Below, one piece after another: positions 9,498 to 19,849 of a stretch of DNA of 64,000 nt. Below the pieces are notes generated by a model, which searched no databases, was not told the DNA's origin, and was given only the letters and a program-made list of their open reading frames with translations. The stretch is taken from assembly GCA_963713755.1 (NCBI GenBank), contig CAVQMW010000005.1, positions 1,588,500 to 1,652,499 of the forward strand, given 5' to 3'. The translations under genes and the position numbers were made by a program. Every line of letters starts with the position of its first letter. The stretch's first letter is position 1. This stretch comes from an uncultured delta proteobacterium. GTDB lineage: Bacteria > Desulfobacterota > Desulfobacteria > Desulfobacterales > CAVQMW01.

Positions 9498-10097
9498 ATG
9501 AACGCCCAGGAAATTATGAATAGTGAGGATTTCAAACGCTGCACCACTTTCCACGGCCACGTCTGCCCGGGTCTCTCCATCGGGTTTCGGGCCGCCCAAA
9601 CCGCCATGGCGCATCTCAAGGAAAATCGGTCCGCGGATGAGGAGATCGTGGCCATCGTGGAAACCGACGCCTGTTCCGCCGATGCGGTGCAGGTACTCAC
9701 CGGTTGCACCTTTGGCAAAGGCAATTTCATTTGCAAGGATCACGGCAAGATGGCCCTGACCCTGCTGAGCCGGAACTCCGGCAAGGGGGTGCGGGTGGCC
9801 ATGAAAGTGGGGGCGTTCGCGCCCAGCGCGGAGCATGCCGCCCTGATTCAAAAGGTGATTGCCGGAGCGGCCACGGAAGAAGAGCGGAACCGGTTCGAGG
9901 CGCTGCACGCCCAACGGTCCCGGGATCTTTTGGAAGCCCCCACGGAAACGCTGTTTAACATTGCCGGTGTTGAGACCGAACTGCCGCCCAGGGCGCGCAT
10001 GGAACCCTCGGAGCCGTGCCCCGTGTGCGGTGAGCCCACCATGCCCGCCAAAATGGAGTTGGCGGACGGCCGGCGGGTGTGCCGAGGCTGTCTCTAA
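9498..10097 (+). CDS. fmdE: FmdE-family protein with C-terminal zinc finger
   Basis: FHGHVCPG, ETDACSADAVQVLTGCTFGKGN, CPVCGE...CRGC. Confidence 0.9.
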   Translation: MNAQEIMNSEDFKRCTTFHGHVCPGLSIGFRAAQTAMAHLKENRSADEEIVAIVETDACSADAVQVLTGCTFGKGNFICKDHGKMALTLLSRNSGKGVRVAMKVGAFAPSAEHAALIQKVIAGAATEEERNRFEALHAQRSRDLLEAPTETLFNIAGVETELPPRARMEPSEPCPVCGEPTMPAKMELADGRRVCRGCL

Positions 10098-10098
10098 G

Positions 10099-10186
10099 GG
10101 GACCCGTTCGTAAAAACGGTGACGTAATGAGGCCCTCAGCCCGGATGGATTGGCGGCCGAATGTCATCGTATTTGTGAATAGGACC
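10099..10186. repeat. imperfect inverted-repeat element
   Basis: ggacccgttcgtaaaaacggtgacgt resembles the reverse complement of atgtcatcgtatttgtgaataggacc. Confidence 0.4.
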
Positions 10187-10266
10187 ACCAAGCCGCTGGC
10201 CGAATGCGGATCGGGTAGTGTATTTGAAGGGGGTTTAATGCTAAAGTGAGCGCGGCCTTTATCAAT

Positions 10267-10320
10267 ATTTCCCTTCGGAGAAACGGCTTAATGATTTCCC
10301 TTCGGAGAAACGGCTTAATG
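10267..10320. repeat. perfect 27-bp tandem duplication upstream of asd
   Basis: atttcccttcggagaaacggcttaatg x2. Confidence 0.9.
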
Positions 10321-10372
10321 GATACCATTGCACGCAAGTGCTACCATGGAGAAAGACACGGGAGTTGGCATC

Positions 10373-11485
10373 ATGACGAAGGTAGGCTTAGTAGGCTGGC
10401 GGGGGATGGTCGGTTCGGTTCTGATGGATCGAATGCGGGCCGAGGATGATTTTCAGGGATTTGAACCTCTCTTTTTCTCCACTACCCAAAAAGGCCAGCC
10501 CGGACCGGATGTGGGGCTGGACGCACCGCCGGTGCAGGACGCCGCCGACACCGCCCTGCTGGCCGGAATGGATATCATTCTCTCCTGCCAGGGCGGGAGC
10601 TATACCGAAGCGTGCTACCCCAAGCTGCGCGCCGCCGGCTGGCGGGGCTACTGGATCGATGCCGCCTCCACCCTGCGCATGGAACCCGACAGCGTGATCA
10701 TCCTCGATCCGGTCAACCGTCAGGTGATCGATGAGGCTCTGGAAGGCGGGATCAAAACCTTCGTGGGGGGCAATTGCACGGTTTCCCTGATGCTGATGGC
10801 CCTTGGCGGACTCTTTGCCGAAGACCACATCGAGTGGATGACCTCCATGACCTATCAGGCCGCCTCCGGGGCTGGCGCCAACAATATGCGTGAGTTAGTG
10901 GCCCAGATGCAAACCATCGCTGAAGGAGCCGTGGCCCTGTTGGCCGATCCCGCCACGACGATCTTGGATATAGACCGGCAGGTGGCCGCCACCCTTCGGA
11001 ATGGCGCCTTTCCCATCGAATATTTTGGTGCTCCCCTGGCGGGAAGTCTGATTCCCTGGATCGACAGACCCATGCCCGGCGGCCAGACCCGGGAGGAGTG
11101 GAAGGGGATGGTGGAAACCAACAAGATTCTTGGCCGGCAGGATCGACCCATTCCCATCGACGGTCAATGTGTGCGCATCGGCGCCATGCGCAGCCACAGT
11201 CAAGCCTTTACCATCAGAATGCGCCGGGATATCCCCTTGGATGAAATTGAGAGCCTGCTGGCGGCGCATAACCCATGGGTTCGGGTAATTCCCAATGAAA
11301 AAGAGGTCACCCTAAAGGAGCTGACCCCGGCCAAGGTTTCGGGAACCTTGGAGGTTCCCGTGGGTCGCCTCCGCAAACTCAATTTAGGACCCAACTATCT
11401 GACTGCCTTCACCGCCGGGGATCAACTTCTCTGGGGAGCCGCCGAACCATTGCGCCGGATGTTGCAAATTTTGCTCAAGCGCTGA
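10373..11485 (+). CDS. asd: aspartate-semialdehyde dehydrogenase
   Basis: [43 protein letters not shown]. Confidence 0.97.
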   Translation: MTKVGLVGWRGMVGSVLMDRMRAEDDFQGFEPLFFSTTQKGQPGPDVGLDAPPVQDAADTALLAGMDIILSCQGGSYTEACYPKLRAAGWRGYWIDAASTLRMEPDSVIILDPVNRQVIDEALEGGIKTFVGGNCTVSLMLMALGGLFAEDHIEWMTSMTYQAASGAGANNMRELVAQMQTIAEGAVALLADPATTILDIDRQVAATLRNGAFPIEYFGAPLAGSLIPWIDRPMPGGQTREEWKGMVETNKILGRQDRPIPIDGQCVRIGAMRSHSQAFTIRMRRDIPLDEIESLLAAHNPWVRVIPNEKEVTLKELTPAKVSGTLEVPVGRLRKLNLGPNYLTAFTAGDQLLWGAAEPLRRMLQILLKR

Positions 11486-11503
11486 TCTCGGTTCCGAGTC
11501 TGG

Positions 11504-12349
11504 ATGAATTCCATCATCATCAAAAATCTAGACGTGACCTGTCCGCCGGGCATGGTGCCGGCCACTACCGATTCTGGCGGCAGGTGCAGGTTAACCGCGG
11601 AGTTTTACCTGCAACCCGAACTTCAAGGGGAGCAATCCGCCGCCCCAATGGATTTTGCTCCCCTTTGCCGTGAGATTCGCGACGGTTTTTGCCAAATGCG
11701 GGCGCAATCCATGGAGGCCTGCCTGGAGGAGTTGACCCATCGGATCCTTCTGGCTTACGCCAGAGTGGACCATGTTTCCTTAACCCTGAAGCTCTGCGAG
11801 GGGCTTGCTGGTATTTATTTGGACTATGCGGGCGTGAGGGTGGAGCGCGGCTGGCACCGGGCGTTTTTGGGGGTGGGCTCCAACCTGGGAGATCGCCATG
11901 AGAACATCCAGACCGCGGCGGAACTGATCAATCAGAGCGGCTTGTCGCGAGTTGAATCGATCTCCAAGATTTACGAAACCGAGCCCCAAGGGTATCTGGA
12001 TCAGGGACGGTTTTTAAACTGCGCTTTTGAAATCAAGACCCTACTATCGCCTACCGATTTGATCCGCTTGCTGCTCGACATCGAGGAGCGCCTGAAACGG
12101 GAGCGCAAGATCCATCTGGGACCGCGCACCATCGATCTGGATCTGCTCTTTTATGACGATTTGATTTCCGACCATGAAACGGCGGTCATCCCCCATCCGC
12201 GCCTCCACCAGCGGCGGTTTGTCTTGACCCCCCTGTGTGACATCGCACCTTATGTTCTGCATCCTATTTTAAAAGAACGCTGTAATCGGATCGCCGAAAA
12301 GCTCGACACGGACGAGCCCGAGCCCAAACTCTGGCCGGGAAAGGCCTGA
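11504..12349 (+). CDS. folK: HPPK with N-terminal degenerate dihydroneopterin aldolase (FolB)-like domain
   Basis: LGVGSNLGDR, YETEP, FLN, GPRTIDLDLL, IPHPRLHQRRFVL. Confidence 0.9.
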   Translation: MNSIIIKNLDVTCPPGMVPATTDSGGRCRLTAEFYLQPELQGEQSAAPMDFAPLCREIRDGFCQMRAQSMEACLEELTHRILLAYARVDHVSLTLKLCEGLAGIYLDYAGVRVERGWHRAFLGVGSNLGDRHENIQTAAELINQSGLSRVESISKIYETEPQGYLDQGRFLNCAFEIKTLLSPTDLIRLLLDIEERLKRERKIHLGPRTIDLDLLFYDDLISDHETAVIPHPRLHQRRFVLTPLCDIAPYVLHPILKERCNRIAEKLDTDEPEPKLWPGKA

Positions 12350-12359
12350 AGCGACTGCG

Positions 12360-15300
12360 TTACCCACCCTGAGGTGTGTTGCCCAACACTTCCCGCAGTT
12401 TGCGGGAAAGCACGGTGAGGGAGAAGGGTTTTTGAATGAATCCGTTGCAGCCTCGGTCCATGATTTTGGAAGCCTGGCCGTTGATGGAATACCCGCTGGA
12501 GAGAATCACCGGCAGTCTGGGCAGCATTTCACGAATTCGGGTGAAGGTGTGTTCGCCATCCATCTCCGGCATGATCATATCCAGGATCACCAGATCAATT
12601 TGACTTCCCCTCTCCCGGAGCTCAGCGAGGGCGGCCTTACCGTCACGGGCGATAATGACCCGGTAGCCGATCTTTTCAAGCATGGCTTTGCCCACCTCAA
12701 TGATCATGGCCTCATCATCCACCAGAAGAATGGTTTCCGATCCTTTCCAAATCGCTTCTGTTGTCGTGGCTTTCTCTTCCGGGACCGTTTTGGCCGACAG
12801 GGGCAGATAGATGTTGAAGGTCGCCCCGTAGCCGGGCTCGCTGTAGACCGTAATGGCACCTCCATGGTTCTTGATGATGCCATAGGCCGAGGCCAGACCC
12901 AGTCCCGTGCCGCGCCCTTTCTCCTTGGTGGTGAAGAAAGGATCGAATATTCTCTGACGGGTAGCCTCATCCATGCCGATGCCCGTATCGGTGATGGTGA
13001 TGTGCGCGAATTGGCCGGGCTGGATCTGATGCAGGCTGCAGAAACTCTCCTCCATAGCCACGCCGCGGGTTTTCAGATATAGCTCGCCGCCGCTGGGCAT
13101 GGCCTGCCAGGCATTGATGAACATGTTGAGCAGCACCTGTTCGATTTGGCTGTTGTCCGCCTCCACCACCAGGGGGTCTGGATGAGTAGTGGTGCGGATC
13201 TGGATCTCTTTGCGGGTGCGGCTGAACATGGCCGCGCTTTTGACCAATAGGTCGTTCACATCAAGAGGCTTGACCACATACTTTCCGCTGCGCGCGAACC
13301 CGAGCAGCCGGCGGGTAAGGTCGCTTGCACTGCGGACACATTCTTCAATGGCTTTGAGATGCTCCTGCTGGGTGTGCGAGACGCCCAGTTCCAGGGCCAT
13401 CAGCGAGGCGTGGCCTTGAATTCCCATCATCAGGTTGTTGAAATCATGGGCGATCCCGCCGGCCAGGGTTCCAATGGCTTCAAACTTTTGGGCCTGCTGG
13501 AGCTGCTGCTCCATTTTCGATTGCTCGGTGATATCTTCGTAGATCACAAACTGATCCATATTCTCCATGGTCACCGGTAGAAAATAAATTTCTTTGCGTG
13601 ATCCATCCTTACAGGTCACCGTGAAGGTTCGCGGCCGGGTCCGTCCGATGGCGGTCTTCTTTTTATCCTCAATCCAACTCCGGACTACCTTTTGCCGATA
13701 ATCCCGGTCTGGGAAGGACTTTTTGAACCAAATCGCACCCGTGGGGATATCGTCAAGGGTGTAGCCGAAGATTTGGGTGAACTGGGGGTTGATATACTGA
13801 TAGCGACCATCGTTACGGATCAAAGATATGCCCAGGGGAGATTTTTCCACCAAGGTCCGGAACCTCTCCTCACTTTCCCGCAGGGCCGCCTCGGCGCGGA
13901 TACGATCGGTGATATCATAAAATATGACAATCCCGGCCTGGAGGACGCCTTTAGCATCCCGGATGGGGGCTGCGTTGGCCGAAACCCAGCGCTCCTCGCC
14001 GCTGTCGTGGCGAATCTTGACCTCCACATCTTTGGAAAATTCGCCCTTCAGAACCGCCCGGGAAAGTGGTAGGTCCCTGGGGTCATAGGGCGTGCTGTCG
14101 GGATAGAAGGTCTGCCAGCGGGCGGAATGCTGCTCCACTTCGATATCCGTGAGCAGCTCCGTTGGCCCGCCGCGAATGTGAAACGCGGCGGGGTTGGCAT
14201 AGCGAATCCTGACATGGGGCGCATCGGCAATCAGGATCCCCGAGGGCGATTGATTGATCGCGGTTTCCAGCAAGGCGCGGGTTTTCTGCAGCTCTATCTC
14301 ATATTTTTTGCGCGCCGTGATATCCCGCCCCACCCCGATGATGGCCTTCACCTGCTGATTTTCATCCAAGAGCGCCGTGTCCTGCCAGCCCAGCCAGCGC
14401 AAGCCGTCCGGGGTCATTGCCCGTTGTTCTACATAAGCGCAATGGGGCGGGGCGAAGAGTTTTTCCATCTCTCTGGCCGTGGCCTCCCGATCTTCTTCAT
14501 GTACCAAGGGCATGAATTTTTTTCCGATGAGTTCCCGTTCGCTTTTACCGAACATGTCGCAGTAGGATGAGCTGACAAAGAGCAGCCGGCCCTGGGGATC
14601 GATTTTCACGATCAAGTCGGATTGGTTTTCCACGAGCAAGCGATACTTTTCCTCACTTTGCCGGAGGGTCTCCTCCATTTTTTTTTTCTCCGCGGCCTCC
14701 CGGACAATGCCCCAAGCTCTCATACTGTAAAAGCTAAAGATGCCGCTGCCCACGACCAACAAGCCGACAACGACCATCAGCTTGTTTTTAAAGTCCACCA
14801 GGCTGGCCAATACTTCCGTCTCACTCGAGGCCACCACGATGGTCCAGAAGTTGTCCACCACTTTGATGGGCCGATAGACCGCATGTTTTTTGGTGGGCTC
14901 AACCTGCTGATCCCCAATTCTATCGAAGGTGTAGGTGGTCTCGCCCTGTTTTCCTTTTACCATCTCTTCGGCCATGGCCAGGATGGTGGGAAACGCCTTG
15001 CGATTGACGAAAACAGAGTTTCCCGTATATCCCGGAACGGGACAATAGAGTTCGATACCCGCTTGGCTGATCATCCAGGCATACCCGGTTTCACCCAAGC
15101 GGATTCCTTCCAGAAACCGTTTGGATATGGCCATGAAATCGATCAATACTGCCAGGGTTCCCCGAAACTCATTGCTCTCAAACACCGGAACGTGCAGTGC
15201 AACGGTACGAAAACCTTGAGCGGCGGTAAATACCTCGCTGGCGACTGGCGAATGGGTTTTCAATATTTTTTGGACATGAGCTAGGTCGCTGATATCCCTG

Positions 15301-15653
15301 CCAATGGATTGGGGATCAATTAAAGGCGTGGTATGGACGATTCGGCCATGGGCGTTCATTCGGGTAATCGCCTTGATCGACTCGGACTGGATCAATAGGG
15401 CAAAATCCAATTCCTGTTTGCCCTGTTCGTCCATATCCACGATATGTTTCGACAGTGAAAGCTGGGTGAGGAATTGAGTGATGGTGTTGAAATAGGATTC
15501 GATTCCGGTCTGGGCCTGGCGGGCGTGGATCATTTGCCGTTGATTCAGTTCGGCGATGGCCCGTTTTTTTGCGCCGCTGTAAATGAGGTGGAAAAAATAG
15601 AGACACAAGCATAGAACGACCAAAAGAAAAGAATATATCAGTTTATGTTTCAT
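12360..15653 (-). CDS. hybrid sensor histidine kinase (dCache, 3 PAS, HisKA, HATPase, receiver)
   Basis: Two TM segments around a periplasmic domain; LAGGIAHDFNN, DPFFTTK, GTGLGL; ILLVDDE, LDMIMP and KPF in the receiver. Confidence 0.93.
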   Translation of the reverse strand: MKHKLIYSFLLVVLCLCLYFFHLIYSGAKKRAIAELNQRQMIHARQAQTGIESYFNTITQFLTQLSLSKHIVDMDEQGKQELDFALLIQSESIKAITRMNAHGRIVHTTPLIDPQSIGRDISDLAHVQKILKTHSPVASEVFTAAQGFRTVALHVPVFESNEFRGTLAVLIDFMAISKRFLEGIRLGETGYAWMISQAGIELYCPVPGYTGNSVFVNRKAFPTILAMAEEMVKGKQGETTYTFDRIGDQQVEPTKKHAVYRPIKVVDNFWTIVVASSETEVLASLVDFKNKLMVVVGLLVVGSGIFSFYSMRAWGIVREAAEKKKMEETLRQSEEKYRLLVENQSDLIVKIDPQGRLLFVSSSYCDMFGKSERELIGKKFMPLVHEEDREATAREMEKLFAPPHCAYVEQRAMTPDGLRWLGWQDTALLDENQQVKAIIGVGRDITARKKYEIELQKTRALLETAINQSPSGILIADAPHVRIRYANPAAFHIRGGPTELLTDIEVEQHSARWQTFYPDSTPYDPRDLPLSRAVLKGEFSKDVEVKIRHDSGEERWVSANAAPIRDAKGVLQAGIVIFYDITDRIRAEAALRESEERFRTLVEKSPLGISLIRNDGRYQYINPQFTQIFGYTLDDIPTGAIWFKKSFPDRDYRQKVVRSWIEDKKKTAIGRTRPRTFTVTCKDGSRKEIYFLPVTMENMDQFVIYEDITEQSKMEQQLQQAQKFEAIGTLAGGIAHDFNNLMMGIQGHASLMALELGVSHTQQEHLKAIEECVRSASDLTRRLLGFARSGKYVVKPLDVNDLLVKSAAMFSRTRKEIQIRTTTHPDPLVVEADNSQIEQVLLNMFINAWQAMPSGGELYLKTRGVAMEESFCSLHQIQPGQFAHITITDTGIGMDEATRQRIFDPFFTTKEKGRGTGLGLASAYGIIKNHGGAITVYSEPGYGATFNIYLPLSAKTVPEEKATTTEAIWKGSETILLVDDEAMIIEVGKAMLEKIGYRVIIARDGKAALAELRERGSQIDLVILDMIMPEMDGEHTFTRIREMLPRLPVILSSGYSINGQASKIMDRGCNGFIQKPFSLTVLSRKLREVLGNTPQGG

Positions 15654-15775
15654 TTTTATCTCCCAAAGATGAAGACTTGGCGAGATCTTGAGATTCGATT
15701 TCTTCAGTATAGCCGATCAAGCATAGCTCACTTTCCAGATGATGGCAAAATTCGATCAGCCCGTACTCTTAAATG

Positions 15776-15917
15776 CGGTATCGTATTATTTTTTTCATAA
15801 TCACCGCAAAGACGCAGAGAGTTTGTTTTTTTCCTCGCTTAAAGAGCAAAAGAGCGATTATTTAATCTGCATTCTTTGCGACTCAAGCGAAGCGGGCCGT
15901 GAAATAATACGTCACCG
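15776..15917. repeat. MITE-like inverted-repeat element
   Basis: Terminal IR cggtatcgtattattt / aaataatacgtcaccg; internal cgcaaagacgcaga / tctgcattctttgcg. Confidence 0.5.
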
Positions 15918-16131
15918 AACCTACGAAATAGAGCACTAAGGGGATCAATGAAAAATTTACGGAAGGTTAGAGCGAGGTGTTAGGAGAGAGTAATGTTGCG
16001 AGTGCACAACGTTTTATATGAGCTGGGCTGGATGCAGGACCACTCAGACCGAGCCGGGGTGCGCTTGCCGCCGGCCCGCCGAGTGGTGGGGTGAATCAAA
16101 ATAAAGATAGTAGCAGAAGTTGAACCAACTT

Positions 16132-17199
16132 CTAAATGAATTTCTCGATCTTTGCGTCCTTTTTGAGGCCTTCCATAAAGGTATCAAAGGCTTGCTTGGA
16201 TTTTTGCTGGTTCAGATATTGATCGATTTTTTCCGAAGCCTCTTCATAAGGCTGAACAGAGGCTTCGCGGCGGTCGGTTACTTTGATCAAATGGTAGCCA
16301 AAGCGGGTTTGCACGATATCACTCACCTCGCCGGGTTGCATGGCGAATGCGGCATCTTCAAAGGGTTTGACCATCTGCCCCTTGCCGAAAAATCCTAAAT
16401 CTCCGCCTTTGGTGTTACTGGGGCCTTGGGAATGGGTTTTGGCCAGCTCAGTAAAATCCTCGCCCGCCTTGACCTTTTCCTGGACCATCTCGATGGCCTT
16501 GCGGGCCTCTTGCTGGGTCTGCTCGTCGGCATTTTCGTCCATTTTTATGAGGATATGACGGGCCTGAACTTGTTCGGGCTGTTTGAAAAAGCTGGGATTT
16601 TCTTCGTAGAAGGCCTTCTTCTCCTCCTCCTTTACCTCAATATTGGCGGTCACCTGGGTTTCAATGAGCGTTTCGATGACCAGGGAGCGTGTGATCATCT
16701 CCTGGATTCCGCTGTCCGTGAGGCCCATGGCTTTAATGGACTCCTCATACTTCGCCTCATCGCCGAAGCGCTGCTTCAGGGCGGCGTAGCGTTTGTCAAC
16801 TTGCGCCTGATCGGCGCTGATTTTCTGTTTAACCGACTCCTGATACAAAAGCTCGCGGTCGATGATGCTGTCCAGCGCCTTTTCGCGAAGGGCGTCGAGC
16901 TGTTCTCCGGGAACCGGCTGTCCCCCCTTGGCCATACGTTGGGTTGCGGCATTGACCTCGGTTTCCAGCTGCTCACGGGTGATGATGGTGTCATTCACCA
17001 ACGCCGCGCGGGTCTCCGTGGGTTCCGATTCAGGGGCTTTGTCTGTGGTCTGTGGGTTCTGGCTCTTTTCCTCGGCTGGGGCCGTTTGTGTCGGTTGATC
17101 CGGGGATGAATCGCTGGTTTGGGCCAAAAGCCCGGTGGGGGATAGAATCATTAAGATGGCCAGCAGGATTGCGCCGGCCCAATTGAGTCGTGGGGTCAT
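16132..17199 (-). CDS. SurA/PrsA-like parvulin peptidyl-prolyl isomerase
   Basis: Signal peptide, VQARHILIK, FTELAKTHS, GGDLGFF, MVKPFEDAAF, FGYHLIKV. Confidence 0.92.
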   Translation of the reverse strand: MTPRLNWAGAILLAILMILSPTGLLAQTSDSSPDQPTQTAPAEEKSQNPQTTDKAPESEPTETRAALVNDTIITREQLETEVNAATQRMAKGGQPVPGEQLDALREKALDSIIDRELLYQESVKQKISADQAQVDKRYAALKQRFGDEAKYEESIKAMGLTDSGIQEMITRSLVIETLIETQVTANIEVKEEEKKAFYEENPSFFKQPEQVQARHILIKMDENADEQTQQEARKAIEMVQEKVKAGEDFTELAKTHSQGPSNTKGGDLGFFGKGQMVKPFEDAAFAMQPGEVSDIVQTRFGYHLIKVTDRREASVQPYEEASEKIDQYLNQQKSKQAFDTFMEGLKKDAKIEKFI

Positions 17200-17414
17200 T
17201 GTTGCCTCCATAAATAGTGGCCGGGCCAATGGCAAAGCCCATGGCGGGGGAGGCTCTTAGCTTTGGTCCCCTGCCTGCCGGCCCGGAATCACCGTAAACG
17301 TGTTAGGATCTATATTGAAGCACTTTTAAACATTAATGGCAGCGGATGCAACCTATTTGGCGTTGCGCCGGGGTCGCGGTCCGCCGGGGGTAAGGGGTCC
17401 ATGGGCTGGCGGCA

Positions 17415-18620
17415 CTAGGGCCGCTTCAAGACGGTTTCCAGACGCTCCAAGGCCCATTGCACCTCTCTTTTGCCGATCACCAGGGGGGGTGCGATGCGGA
17501 TCGTGTGACCGTGGGTGTCCTTGCAGAGCATGCCCAGGGCCATCAGCTTTTCGCAGTAGGGGCGCGCCGGGCCGGCCTCGGGGGTCAGTTCAATACCGAT
17601 CATCAGGCCCCGGCCGCGGATCTCCTTGATCCGCGGGCTGCTGATACCCTTGAGCCCCTCCATGAATAGGGCCCCCATGGCGACGGAGTTTTCGGGCATC
17701 TTCTCTTCCACCAGCACCCGCAGCGCCCGTCGCGCCACGGCGCAGGCCAGGGGATTGCCGCCGAAGGTGCTGCCGTGCTCCCCGGGCCGAAGTACGCCGA
17801 GAACCTCGGAGTTGGAGAGCACCGCGGAGATGGGGTAAAATCCGCCGGAGAGGGCCTTGCCGATCAGGGTTACGTCGGGTTCGGCACCGGCTTCGTGCTG
17901 GTCGGCCAACAGCTTACCGGTACGTCCCAGGCCGGTTTGAATCTCATCGAAAATCAGAGTCACCTGATGGTGGCTGCAGATCTCCCGCACCGCCCGCAGA
18001 TATCCCCGGGGAGGGATGATTACCCCGGCTTCCCCTTGAATGGGTTCAACCAGAAATCCCACGGTGTGGGGCGTAATGGCCGCTTCCAGGGCATCGCTGT
18101 CCCCAAAAGGGATTACCTTGAACCCCGGGGTAAAGGGGCCGAACCCGCCGCGGGCGGCGGGGTCCGTGCTGAAGCTGACGATGGAAATCGTTCGGCCGTG
18201 AAAATTATTTTCACAGACAATGATTTCCGCTTTGTCCTGGGGCACGCCCTTGATTTCATAGCCCCACTTGCGAACGGCCTTGACCGCCGACTCCACAGCT
18301 TCGGCGCCGCTGTTCATGGGCAGGATCTTATGGTAGCGGATCAGTTCGCGAACATCTTCATACAGCAGAGCCAATTGATCATTGCGAAATGCCCGGGAGG
18401 TGAGGGTCAGTCGGCCCGCCTGCTCCACCAGGGCTTCCAGAATCTTCGGGTGGCAATGGCCCTGATTGACCGCCGAATAGGCCGCTAAGCAATCCAGATA
18501 TTTACGGCCCTCCACATCCCAAACCCACACGCCCTGACCGCGGGTGAGAATCACGTCCAGGGGGTGGTAGTTGTGGGCCCCCAGTTGATCCTCGATTTGA
18601 ATGTAATTTTTTTGATTCAA
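17415..18620 (-). CDS. rocD: ornithine--oxo-acid aminotransferase
   Basis: [57 protein letters not shown]; TTG start. Confidence 0.93.
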   Translation of the reverse strand: MNQKNYIQIEDQLGAHNYHPLDVILTRGQGVWVWDVEGRKYLDCLAAYSAVNQGHCHPKILEALVEQAGRLTLTSRAFRNDQLALLYEDVRELIRYHKILPMNSGAEAVESAVKAVRKWGYEIKGVPQDKAEIIVCENNFHGRTISIVSFSTDPAARGGFGPFTPGFKVIPFGDSDALEAAITPHTVGFLVEPIQGEAGVIIPPRGYLRAVREICSHHQVTLIFDEIQTGLGRTGKLLADQHEAGAEPDVTLIGKALSGGFYPISAVLSNSEVLGVLRPGEHGSTFGGNPLACAVARRALRVLVEEKMPENSVAMGALFMEGLKGISSPRIKEIRGRGLMIGIELTPEAGPARPYCEKLMALGMLCKDTHGHTIRIAPPLVIGKREVQWALERLETVLKRP

Positions 18621-18970
18621 GGCGATTTCCTTTTTTCGAGCGACGGACTTTCCAGTAGTCCAATGTTTAAAATATGGGACAGTTTTTCATACCCCGACCC
18701 TCTGTGTCAATGCGCTTGGGGGCGCTGTCGCCTCAGGATCTGCCTTGACAATTTATGGCCCTTGGCATACGCTTCTAAAATTGTACTCAAAACAAAAAAA
18801 CGCCAATCAAGAGTTTTTACCAGGGGTGTTTTTTTCGGATTGCCAGGCTTCGTTCTGGTTTGACCAAACCGATTTCAGTTGGGTCTCGGACTGAGTTTCA
18901 GCTTGGGTAACCACCGGAAACATCCGTTTAAAACCCGGGTATCAGCCTAAAATTAAGGAGGAATGGAACC

Positions 18971-19171
18971 ATGGCCATTGGCCGTATCAAGTGGTATGAT
19001 GAAAAAAAGGGGTATGGATTCATTGAGTCCGATACCCACGGCGAGGTTTTTCTCCATCGTAAGGGAATCAAGGATTTCGGCTATTTTGGTATCCACAAGA
19101 ATGACGAGGTTTCTTTCGAGGTCAAGGAAACCCCCCGGGGAGTGCAGGCAGTTAATGTGAAGGTGCTTTGA
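18971..19171 (+). CDS. cold-shock domain protein
   Basis: KWYDEKKGYGFI, VFLH, GVQAVNV; AAGGAGG RBS. Confidence 0.93.
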   Translation: MAIGRIKWYDEKKGYGFIESDTHGEVFLHRKGIKDFGYFGIHKNDEVSFEVKETPRGVQAVNVKVL

Positions 19172-19363
19172 AATCCGCCGCGTTGACGATTTTCCCATGT
19201 TAACCGACAATACACGGGGCAGGACCGCAACTGGTGCTGTCCCGTTGCTGTTTTTACAAGAGATAATTCCTTGATGATCCCCTCCGGGCTTTCACCGGGT
19301 GGATCGATCCAATAAAATACTATTATAATGAGTTCAAAGAGTTCAAGAGTAAGGAGCGATGCG

Positions 19364-19720
19364 ATGCCGACGAATACCCCGGACCAAATCAATTTTACCG
19401 TCAATAAAGAGAATCTTTACCGGGAAGAGAGTATCACCGATCTCACCGCCGCCTCTATCCGCCAGTTGCTGCCCGTCAATGTGGACGGCACCCCGGATAA
19501 ATCGCGGACTACGGTCTTTGTGGGGTTTACCCAACTGATGTCCCCCCAGGGTCCCTTGCCGGTGCAGTGCCAATTGGCCGCCAACAACCTGGCCGAGGCC
19601 ATTGAGATGTATCCGGCGGCCATGGAAAAAGAGCTGGCCAAGCTCATCGCCCAGGTGGAGAAGATGCAGCGGGAACAAAAGACAGAGGATGACTCGCGGA
19701 TCATCGTTCCCGGACGCTAA
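19364..19720 (+). CDS. hypothetical protein
   Basis: AAGGAG RBS; LYREESITDL ... SRIIVPG. Confidence 0.7.
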   Translation: MPTNTPDQINFTVNKENLYREESITDLTAASIRQLLPVNVDGTPDKSRTTVFVGFTQLMSPQGPLPVQCQLAANNLAEAIEMYPAAMEKELAKLIAQVEKMQREQKTEDDSRIIVPGR

Positions 19721-19849
19721 TGCCCGTCATCCCCTTGGCGTATGATCTTACAGGCGCTGTTGGCGCCCCATCAATCTAACATTGAGCTTGATGCCCCAGG
19801 CCGCCGGCCCGGGGACCCCCAGGGTGAGACGAAAAACCAGGAGCCGCGC

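Noticed and set aside
17230-17300. Minus-strand ggggaccaaagctaagagcc upstream of the PPIase, reminiscent of a c-di-GMP-I riboswitch
   Set aside because: The P2 stem with GNRA tetraloop and the GCAAA-like 5' element are not evident.
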